Shown one piece after another: positions 46,481 to 56,819 of a stretch of DNA of 60,359 bases; within the stretch, counting starts at the first letter, position 1; every line of letters starts with the position of its first letter. The notes under the pieces were generated by a model. It ran no database searches. It worked only from the letters and a program-made list of their open reading frames with translations, and was not told the DNA's origin. The translations under genes and the position numbers were made by a program. Source of the stretch: Saprolegnia diclina VS20. Its lineage: Eukaryota. Location of the stretch: assembly GCF_000281045.1 (NCBI RefSeq), contig NW_008246120.1, positions 1-60,359 of the forward strand, read 5' to 3'.

Positions 46481-46825
46481 CGCAAGTCGCAAGCCAAAAA
46501 AGTAACAAATAGTGTAAACCAAGATTTCAAAAGTTAACAAATAGTGTGCTTGGCGTCGAGTTCCGAGCATGATTGTGGACACTGGGATGGCTCGCAGGCG
46601 CAGGTACACTGTCTGCAGTAGCAAAGTACAGCATAATAGCACCTCGCTCGAAGCGCTCGACGTGCGTTTGACGATCCCATGGCTGCAAAGGAGCGTCGCG
46701 GAGCTGCGTCGCGGAGGTCAAGCGAAAACCCGTCACAATGCATATTTGGATGTTTCGATACTCATAGAAACCTCCGTAAAGCAATAAAACCATCTTTGAC
46801 AGTGCAGGCTTCAATTCCAGTGAAG

Positions 46826-47468
46826 ATGGACCCGGTGCTGAGCGAAGCCCTCCGGCGTGGCAACCCCGTCGTCTTCTTCGACGTCGCGCTGGGCAACGCG
46901 CCCTTGGGCCGCATCAAGATGGAGCTCTTTAAGCGCGAGTGCCCCAAGACGGTCGAGAACTTTCGCCAGTTCTGCACGGGCGAGTACCGCCGCGGCGACA
47001 TGCCCACGGGCTACAAGGGCAGCCACTTTCATCGCATCATTCCCGACTTTATGATCCAAGGCGGCGACTTCCTCAAGGTACCTCCTCGCTAACTCGCGCC
47101 ATGCTCATGCTTCTCGTGGTGTAGGGCGATGGCACGGGCCGCATGAGTATTTATGGCGACAAGTTTGCCGACGAAAGCTTTGCGTACAAGCACACGGAGC
47201 CCGGTCTCCTCTCGATGGTACGCTTGGCATATGCCATGCATGCACTCGACGACGTATTGCGTAGGCCAACAGCGGCGTGGACACGAACGGCTGCCAGTTC
47301 TTCATCACGTGCGCGCCGTGCGACTGGCTCGATGGCAAGCACGTGGTCTTTGGGAAGCTCCTCGACCCAGCCTCGCTCCTTGTCATGCGCAAGATCGAGA
47401 GCGTCCAGACCGGTGCTGCGAACAAGCCCAAGACGCCCGTGACGATCACCGAGTGCGGCGAGTTGTAG
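46826..47468 (+). CDS. PPIH: Cyclophilin H-type peptidyl-prolyl isomerase (3 exons)
   Basis: [48 protein letters not shown] and [10 protein letters not shown]; two 47-nt introns (47078-47124, 47218-47264). Confidence 0.92.
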
Positions 47469-48008
47469 CCTTTCTGTATTACTAGTAAGCATAGCTCCGC
47501 CTCTCGACGCTGCGTCCTGGCCAGTATGGCTCGCCTCGCCACCACCGCGCGCCTCTTCGCGCCCACACTGCTAGCCTCTATACCAGCGCCTTGTCCGAGG
47601 TGCCATGGCCCTGCCGCGTGGCTAGCCACGTTGCTGGCCGCATAGCACATGCGCGTCTCGCCTGTATATCCGACTTTGCATGGCTTTGCCGACATGGCGT
47701 GTCTCTGGCCCATGCTTCTTCGTGCGCCGTGGGCCATGCGTCATGATGGCAGCGGGGGCCGGGTCGACGCGCGCCGACGGCCGCGATCTTGTGCCCACCG
47801 CCGTGGGCGTTGTGATTGGCCGAAATTCCAACCTCCCCCTTCTATTGCCAATGTGTGGCCAACACCGAGCAGGCGGAAATATAATGCTTGTCGCGTGGAT
47901 TGCATACAAAGAGCAAGGTAGTTTTGCAGCTGGTGGGTGGAAATCGAATTAAAATACAGAGATTTTCGAACCACGCGGAACAGGTTCAAACAAAAAACAC
48001 AGACCGCG

Positions 48009-50662
48009 ATGGCATCTCGACGGGACTACCTCCTCAAGAAGGGGCTCCAGGTGAAGCAGCTCAACGAGGACGCAGCGCGCTCTGCGGCCTCGCCCAAGTC
48101 GGCGGCCCGACCCAGCAGCAAAGAAGTAGGAGGCGATCGCGTCCTGCGCATGGGCTTAGACCTCGTAGGTGGCGGCGATCCTCGAGCTCTGCCCGCCGGG
48201 CACGGCCGACGCCCGCATCGCCCAGATCATCAAGCAAAACAATGGCGACCCTGACAAGATCTCGCTCGCAGTGAGCGATCTCTGGGAAGAGAACAGCACG
48301 CAAGACGACTGGGCCACCGTGAGCAAGAAGCAGCCCAAGAAGAAGCACGAAGAACCCAAACCCAAGTACAACCACTCGCCGCCGCAGACGTACGGCGATA
48401 GCAACGGCGGCCGAGGACGTGGTGGCACCCGCGGCCGTGGTGCTCCTACGCGGGGCACGTCCCGCGGCGGTGGTGCCCGCGGTGGCAACGCTGGGCGCGG
48501 CCGAAGCGCCCCGGCTCCCCTCTCCAACACACGCAGCGACGATCCGATTGACGACGACGACGACAAGAGCTCGGAAGATGACGACGACGCCGAAGACGAC
48601 GCCAAGCCCAAGTACGTGCCGACGCCGGTGGTCTCAGCACCGGCTCCGATCCTTACAGGCGCGTGGGCACAGAAGCCCAGTTTTGTCGCAAAGAAGCAAG
48701 CGCCCCCGAAGCCGCAGCCGCAGGTTCAGCACCACCAACAGCAACAGCATCAACACACTGCGTCCCCTGTCGTACACGCCGGCCCCAAGCCCGTGAGCCC
48801 CAAGACGCTTGCCAAGAACCAGACGTGGGACGTTGTCACGGACGAGCCCAAGGTCGTCATCGCAGAGCCCGAGCCCGTGTGGCCGTCGCGCTCGCCTAAG
48901 AAGGCTGAAACGAAGATGGAGCCGGAGGCCACGATTGCATCCTGGGGTGCTTCGCTGCAAGAAGCCAAGGCCCACGCCGAGTGGGAGTCGCAGCAACAGG
49001 TGCAACAGCAAGCACCGACGACGACGACAACGACGACGAATGCATGGGCGCGCCCGGCACCGATCGAGACGCCCAAGTCGCCCGTGGTGTCGCCAAAGAA
49101 GGAAAAGGTTGCGACGCCCAAGGTCATGACGCCCGTGCGTCACTCGAGCCCGACGCACTCGCTCACGTTTGGGTCGCCGTCGCCCAAGTCGTCGCCGATC
49201 CGCAACAAGTTTAGCATGGGCCGCTGGGAGACGGTGGCGGAAACCGAGCTCTCGCTGCAGTTTGGCAGCTTCTCGCTCGAAGCCATTGACACGACGCCGG
49301 CGTCGACGAGCGTCGCCTCCTCGGCCACGTGGGGCACGCCGAGCAACAAGACGGCCAACGCCTGGTCGCCCAAGAAGCACGAGTCGCCCAAGGCCAAGGC
49401 GTCGGTGCCGCCGCCCGGCATGGACGCGCAGGTGAGCCCGCGCAAGGCGTCGCCGCGCAAGCAGTACACGCCCGCGGCCCCGTCGCCGGCGTCGCTGCCC
49501 AAGCCCGACGATGTCAAGCGCAACGTGCCCAAGTATGCTGGCGCCAACACGCAGGCGCCGGCATCGCCCAACATGGCGTCGCCGTCGTTCGACCTCAAGG
49601 GCAGCAATTTGTATCCGGCCAACCCGAGCTCGTACAACCAGTACTCGGTCGGCATTGCCGGACGCAACCAAGGTGCGATCGGGGGCAACTCGACGCCGAT
49701 TTCCAAGATGCAGCCGCAAATGACGACGCGCAGCGCGACAACGCCCAACACGACTGGCAACGCACCCGGGCCCGTGGCGGCGGCGCCGGCAGCGACCCCA
49801 ACCGCGACCAACCCCGCGCCGACGGCCAACCCTGCGGCCCAGCAGCAGCAGCAGCCGCAGCACATGCAGCACCAGCAGCCGCCGTACCAGCAGCCGCCGA
49901 TGCTGCCGGGGCAGTCGTACCACCCCCACTTTGCGCCGCCGCCGCCGCCGGGCATGGCCATGCCGTACAACCCGTACAACTATGGGAACTACTACCCGCA
50001 GCAGGGCTACGGCTACTACCAGAGCCCCCAGGTACACGCAACTGGCGAGACATGGTAGCACTGACGGTCAATCTAGTACCCGCAGTACAGCCCGCGCCAG
50101 CAGTACCCGCCGCGCGGCTCGATGCCGTACGGCATGGAGGGTCTCCAGGGCTTCTCCAACCCGCAGACGTATGTGTCCTTTGATGCGTTGTCCGTCACAA
50201 TGCTGTGTGCATAGCATGCCGCTCGGCTACCAGGACCCGCACCAAGTGCCACACGAGTATGTGCCGCAAGGGTTTGGTGAGCTCGGGTACCTTCCGCCCC
50301 CGCACGCGCAGCCGACGCCGGCGCAGCAAGGCGGTGTGCCCCAGCGCCACTCGCTGCAGCAGCCCCAAGTGGGCGCGCAGGGCAAGCAGCAGCAGCAACA
50401 GCAGCAGCAGCAACAGCAACAACAACAAGGCGGTGTGCCGCAGAACCAGGGTCGTCCCGAGTACGCGCCGCGCGACCACACGCAGTCGCCGCCCGTGCCC
50501 AACGTCGGTGGCTACCCGCACTATGGCGGCTGGAGCGGCTACGGCCACCAGGGCCTCAACCCGCAGGCGGGCTGGAACGGCGGGTACCCGCAGCAGCCGC
50601 AGGGCTACCGGCCGTACACGGGCAACGCCGCCAACGATGGCCAGAACGCGTGGAGCTCCTAA
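48009..50662 (+). CDS. UBAP2/Lingerer/Def1-like protein: UBA/CUE-like N-terminus, RGG box, FGxF motif, Q/P/Y prion-like C-terminus (multi-exon)
   Basis: Helical N-terminal domain ending DDWATVSKK; RGRGG repeats; LSLQFGSFS; polyQ and PYNPY/YGGW-rich tail; short GT-AG introns. Confidence 0.65.
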
Positions 50663-51270
50663 ATAGGCCGTGATGGCGTCCTCGAGGAGGTAGTAGTTTG
50701 TAAGATATTATCAACCGCGAGCACCGTGTTGATGGCACGGGTGTCGTCCTCTTCGTCACTCGACCACCGACGACTGGGCGCCGTACGAAGCGACGTCGGC
50801 TGCAGGATGCAGCGAGACCGCCATGGAAGAGCCATGGCACTGCCATGCGAGCTCCAGTGCGTCCTCGCTTGGCTCTAGCCCGTACAGTTCCCGATCGCCG
50901 TCGTATGTTCATCCACTGGCTGCAGACGCTGACGGAGGCAGGCGTCATGGCCGTGGGCAGTGCACCCACTCGCTTGTCACAACGACGCAGCACGATCTGT
51001 GCGGCCAAGCCACGTCGACAGCGACTCTTCGATCGTGTAGGATCCAATCGATCTCTGCCCTCAGACGCTTCTGGCATCGTCGATGGCGGGCAGCCTCCAT
51101 GAGCCAGCCTCGTCGCTGCATATGATACCGGTACCGACGTTCGAGGAGCATGGTCGCCGTCGCGCCAAGACAGGCGGCACGGTGTCGGTGGGTTGTCCGG
51201 ATACCGGTTGGCAGAGGTCCCGTATCCGGCACAATCCAGCACGAAAAAAGTCGAAGCTTGCCATTGCGAA

Positions 51271-53929
51271 ATGGTCGAGCCGATGGTCGAGCCCGAAGCG
51301 TCCGAGTGGGACATGATCCTGGGCGACGTGCCCGTCTTCCAAGCGCATCCCGCGGCCTTCGCCGACGTCCGGCGCCTCCTGGCAGCGCAGCCCAGCGAAG
51401 AAGCGCAGTACGAGACCGTCCAAGTGCTCATGGGCCTTCTCGAGCCCGAGTCGGCGCGAGCGATCGTCGAGGACGCCGACTCGAAGGCGCTGCTCGCGAC
51501 GTATTTCAAAGCGCTCTCGAAGAGTACGGTCGCTGCGCTTGTGTCCCAGCTGCCGGCGGACGTTCAGGCGCTCCTGCCGCGTCGCAAGTCGACCAAGCGC
51601 CTCTCGTCCAAGCACTCGAGCGACAGTCTGAACGACGTCGCACCCGCTTACGTGCCCCGCGGCCCGCCCATGGCAGCCGAAGAGCCGATCCCCGCCTATG
51701 TTCCCCGCGGCCCACCAGTGACGATCGCCGAAGTGGCCGCGCCCATCGTCGAGGTCGTCGTCGCGCCGACACCGCCGGTCGTGCGCCAGCCCTCGGCGAC
51801 GGTCGCGCTCGACGTGCGCCCCGAGTGGGAGGTCATCCTTGGCGAATGTCGCTTCTTCGAGGCGCATCCAAGTGTGTTTCGCGACGTCCGCGACGTCATT
51901 GCGTCGCAGCCAGTGTCGGCCCAGTACGAGGCCATGCACGCGCTCGTCTCGCTCGTCGACGGCTCGTCGGGCGATGATCCGGACCACGTGATTGCCGCTG
52001 CGCCGATCGTCAAGAGTCTGAGCAAGCCAAGCCAAGACGTGCTCGCGACCGGCCTCTCGCATACGCTTCAGCAGCTTTTGCCGTTTGTCGACAAGGTGCC
52101 GCTGGACATGCTGCCGTCGATGCTGCCGCCGACGCTTCTGCTTATGGAAGAGAGCGCGCGCGGTCAAATCTACCCCGAGACCGCCGCAGCCGTCCACGAG
52201 AGCTTCTTCACGCTTCCGGAAAAGGTCCGGTCGCAAGTGATCAACGCGCTGCCACCCGAGGAGAAGAACATGGTGCAGACGCTCGTCGAAACCACCGAAG
52301 GGCTCTCGACGCGCGAGGTCGCGGTTGTCATCCAGCAGATGCAGGCGCCGTCGGCCCCCGGTTCAGCACCGCACTCGTACGACGACCCCGGGTTTGTCAA
52401 AGAGCTTGCGCTCACCGCGTCAAAGGCGCACGGCCGGCGCCTCTGCCGGTGGGTGCAGTCGGCGCCCACAAGTCTCCGCGTCCTCTCGTTCGTCAACGGC
52501 GTGCTCTTGCTTGCGTCGGCCGCGATCGCGTTCGTGTTTGACTTGTTTTCGGGCTATTTCCTCGTCTTCCTCATCAACGCGTGGGTCCTCGCATTCGCGC
52601 TCGTCCTCATCGTGCTCGAGATCAAGCTCTCGTTCTTTGAAGCCAAAGTGCTCCCGTTCGTAGTTCGCCAAGTGCCGCTGCTCGGCTCTGTCTTTGGCCG
52701 CGGCGTCTTCATGGTGTTTATCGGCTTCCTCGCCATGAGCCTCGTGCTCCACGCGACGTGGCAGAACCTCTTGCTCTGCGGCGCCGGCCTTCTCTCGGCC
52801 ATCCTTGGCAGCGCGACCATGCTGCTGAGCGCGCTTGCGTCCCACGAGTTTTTCCTCCTGTGCCAAGCGATTCCGACCCAGGAGGCGTGGGCCAAAGCGT
52901 TCCAGAGCGTCGACGTCGACGACTCGGGCGAGCTCGACATGGACGAGTTCATGCTGCTCGTCGACCGCCTCGGGTCCCGCATCGACTCCGTGTACATCGA
53001 GTCAATCTTTCGTGATATTGACGTCGACAAGAGCAACACACTGTCGCTGCCCGAGCTCCTCAACTGGTGGTCGCGCGCCAAGCTCCACGACGCGCCGGTA
53101 CGCTGCTCGCTTCCAGTGTGATGCGACGTACTTAGTAAGCGAATGCTATGTAGGCGCTGCCGGCCAAGTCGGTCGTGCACGTCCCGTCGTCGGTTTTGAA
53201 GAAGGCGAACATTAGTGTGAGCGTCCTCACCGTGCTCACAGGTGTCCTCAGCAACGTGGCGGTCATGCACCACTCGTACGCCCTTTTTTGAGGTTTGAGG
53301 TTTGAGGTTGAGACGGGGCTCTGTCTAGGACAACGTCGGCGTCACCGATCTACGTGGTGCTCAACCTCTGGGTGATTCTCTTTGGTCTCCTCATGGTCGT
53401 CGTCGAAACGCCACTGCACCTCTTTCGCGACGCGCGCATTTGGATCACAGACAATATTGTCCAATTCCTAGCGTCGATCTTTGGTCGTGCGGCGTTTTAC
53501 CTCTTCATCGGCACGTTCACGCTCTCATTGTACCAAGCCGATGCCATGGTCTTGCCGCTCGTGACGGGACCGCTCTTGATTGTCATGGCGGGCGTCAACT
53601 TGTACGTCGGGTACGAAGCCAAGCGCCCGTTCATGCAGCTGGCGCAGTACGTGCAGCCCAAGGACGTCGCGTCGATTTTTGCCATGCACGACCACGACAT
53701 GGACGGCAACTGGAGCCTCATGGAGCTCAAGAGCTTTATCGAGTCGCTCGGCTTGGACGTCAAGCCGCTCTTTTGGGAGCTCCTCGTCGACAACATCGAT
53801 TACGACCACTCGGGCATGGTGTCGGTGACCGAGTTTGAGAGCTGGGTCGTCCGCCACCGAGGCGAGACCGCGTCGACGACGGCGAATCATGCCGACGATG
53901 TGTACGACGCCGAGCCAATCGCCGTCTAG
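51271..53929 (+). CDS. Membrane protein: duplicated N-terminal domain + 2x (COPI-associated/TVP15-like TM module + EF-hand pair), 3 exons
   Basis: TM modules with FGRGVFMVFIG and FGRAAFYLFIG; EF loops DVDDSGELDMDE, DVDKSNTLSLPE, DHDMDGNWSLME and DYDHSGMVSVTE; GT-AG introns at ~53098-53154 and ~53276-53328 join the two ORFs in frame. Confidence 0.78.
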
Positions 53930-53996
53930 TTATGACATTATATCCTACTACACTGTTTCCTTACCCACCACTTACTACGCATTGCCCACCACGTAC

Positions 53997-54682
53997 TCAC
54001 GCCATCGTGTTCTCACTCAAGTGGCGGCCAAGCCTACGCACCATCGAGAGTACAGAGGGATGTAGCAACGGCGCGTGAACCCGAGATCGCCGACTTTAAC
54101 CTGGCCCGACGACATGAGAAAGATGTTGGCGGGCTTGATATCCCGGTGCATGATGCGGTGTGTGTGCATGTGGTCGATTGCGGCCGCGATTTGTGCAAAG
54201 TACTTCCACACGAGTCGCTCGTCAAAGCGCGTGTCCTTCTCGTTCGCCTTGCGAATCTACTCACACGATGGCCTGTCAACCGCTATTCTAACGAGTCAAG
54301 TGGACGACCTGTCGCTTGAGGTCGCCCGCTTCGGCCCACTCGAAGGCGATGCAGAGCTCGTTCCCAGCGATGAACGCATCGAGATACTGGATGATGTTGG
54401 GATGGTGCACCGACTGCACGAGCCGGACCTAGACAGCGCAGTGGTATGCCGTTGCTGTACACGTAGAGCCAATACGACCTCCTTGAGCGTCTTCTCGCGC
54501 GCGCGCTTGTCCATGACGTCGATCGCAATCTTCTTGAGCGCGACGAGCACGTCGTCGGCCATGCGCTTGGCGCGGTAGACGACCGAAAACTTGCCCTTCC
54601 CGATGGGCTTGAGGATCGCGTAGTCGGCGAGCGCGCCACCGGACGCGAAGAGCGCGACCTGCGCATCGCTAAGCGCCTCCAT
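53997..54682 (-). pseudogene. NEK6/7-like protein kinase truncated after subdomain VII
   Basis: Spliced product IGKGKFSVVY, VALKK, HRDIKPANIF, VKVGDLGLGRHLSENTMA then TGA; no GTP.YMSPE exon before the convergent gene. Confidence 0.75.
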
Positions 54683-55444
54683 GCAACCCGATCTTTCCCG
54701 ATCCGCTGCGACGCTTTGCACAGTCCGGATAACTCCAACCATGGGTTTATTGACCCATGCTGCAACCCAATGTTTGTCGTCGAACCAGCGTGGGCTTGAG
54801 CGAGCGACTAGGTACGTGCCTCGCGTCCTTTTCTAGCCCTGTATACGTTGAGCGGACTAGACGTGACGGTCGTACGCATGCGGTCGCGGTGACGATGGTC
54901 GATCGCGTGCTTTGGCGTGGTTGGGCGACTATTTGTGGCAACATGTGGCGTTTTGTGATTATATATGACATGCGCCACAATTAATAGCCGAGTCGATAGC
55001 TCGCGCTCCACAGCTCCAACGCCGACGGGACGTAGCATTTTGAGCTCTCCAGAGTATCGTCTATCAACAAGCCGAGTTGGAGCGAGTTCATGAGAAACGT
55101 TGGTTTGGCGTCCGAGCGGCCCATCGAGCGCGTTGGCTCGCATCGCACGACCCGGGATTGGCCAAAATGACACGATATTTGGCCAGTCAAATCATTTCAC
55201 CAAATGCTTTTTATTGCATAGCGTTGTCAAGTAATATCGCTTTAATAATATTGGAAGGCTGGGAAAGCCGCCAGCGACATGGGTCAAGCCAGCGAGCACT
55301 TGCGCACTTCGTCGTCGGCACACAGTACGCGGTGCGGACCGCCGATGATGCTACCTCGTCCGGCGCTGTATCATTCAAGCGTACATGCAAAGACAAATGA
55401 CAATTTCACTAAAATGACTTCCGTTGTACTAGTAGTATGATGGG

Positions 55445-56297
55445 TTAGAGTTGATTGAGTGGTGCAAACGTCATGCGGTGAATCGGGGTCGCGCCGTGCT
55501 TGTGAATCGCGAGCATGTGTGCTCTATCCATACATGAGTGCCGCCTATCTTCTAGTTGCGTATTGTACTTGGTGCCATAGCCCTTGTGCTGGCCGAGGCC
55601 ATACTCGGGGTACTCCTTGTCGTAGGCGACCATAAGGCGGTCTCGCGTGACCTAGCAATTGTCAACGGCGGCTGCCGTAGATTGACGAGTCTACCTTGGC
55701 AATGACGGAGGCAGCTGCGATTGAGTAGACGCGCCCATCCCCTTTGACGACGGTCTCGCCGTCGACGTCGAGCGTCGGCATGCGGTTGCCGTCGATGAGC
55801 GCATAGTCGACCGGCATCGGGAGGTCCTCGACGCACTTGCGCATGGACTCGAGCGTCGCCTAGAATGGTGTTGTCGCTATCGCATTGGGTCTGTTTACCT
55901 GGAGAATGTTGATGTCGTCGATGCGCGCCGGTGGATTGATCTGCTGGCAAATCACGAGGTGCTCTTTAGCAGGAAGGCAACGTACGTGGACTGCGTATTT
56001 GATAGCAGGGTTGGACGTGATTTGGGCAAAGAGCCATTTCCGCTGCTTCTCATCGAGCTTCTTGCTGTCGTGGATACCTTCGATGACAACATCCAATGGG
56101 ACATAACAGGCCGCCGCGACCACGGGGCCAGCAAGCGGACCACGCCCCGCTTCGTCCACACCCACGACGCACTTGAAGCCCTTGGCATACAGTCGCGTCT
56201 CAAAGTCTTTGCTGAGCGTGCCATGCTTGAACGTCGGCGCGCCGTCGGCCGACGGTACTGTGGCCTTGGCGGCCTTGGCCTTGGAGGACGCTGCCAT
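55445..56297 (-). CDS. rnhB: Bacterial-type ribonuclease HII with four spliceosomal introns (true start possibly 56449, frameshifted)
   Basis: [60 protein letters not shown] and PIHRMTFAP. Confidence 0.88.
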
Positions 56298-56548
56298 GGT
56301 CTTGGCGGGTGCAGCCTTGGCAACCTTGACGACTTTGGATGTCTTTAGCTTCTTGGCTTTGGCCACAGGGGTAGGCGCAGTCGTTGTGGCTGGCGCTGTG
56401 CTCAGAAGGCGCCCAACCGGCGCAACGGCGCTGCTGCTGCTGCGCGCATTTTGCCGCCTTTCGATTGGTTACTCAACGGCAATGTGGTGCTAATAGTGTG
56501 CTAATGAAGTTATTAATAGTGTATGTGACACCAGCAGAAGGCTTGAAA

Positions 56549-56819
56549 CCAAGGACGTCGCGTCGATTTTTGCCATGCACGACCACGACATGGACGGCAA
56601 TTGGAGCCTAATGGAGCTCAAGAGCTTTATCGAGTCGCTCGGTTCGGACGTCAAGCCGCTCTTTTGGGAGCTCCTCGTCGATGACATTGATTACGACCAC
56701 TCGGGCATGGTGTCGGTGACCGAGTTTGAGAGCTGGGACGTCGACGACGGCAAATCATGCGACGATGTGTACGACGCCGAGCCAATCGCCGTCTAGTTAT
56801 GACATTATATCCTACTACA
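56549..56819 (+). repeat. Diverged direct duplicate of 53658-53952 (3' end of the EF-hand gene)
   Basis: Near-identical sequence with a few substitutions plus 23-bp and 1-bp deletions; begins mid-exon. Confidence 0.95.

Noticed and set aside
49595..50502. Poly-Cys, poly-Leu and poly-Ala ORFs on the minus strand
   Set aside because: Reverse complement of the CAG/CAA polyQ tracts of the + strand gene
53287..53313. (TTTGAGG)n telomere-like run
   Set aside because: Only ~3 units, differs from the TTTAGGG-type oomycete telomere repeat and lies inside a short intron
51193..53929. Two separate genes (51193-53121 and 53354-53929) as in the ORF track
   Set aside because: Canonical short introns and an in-frame middle exon join them, and the second ORF starts at GTG rather than ATG
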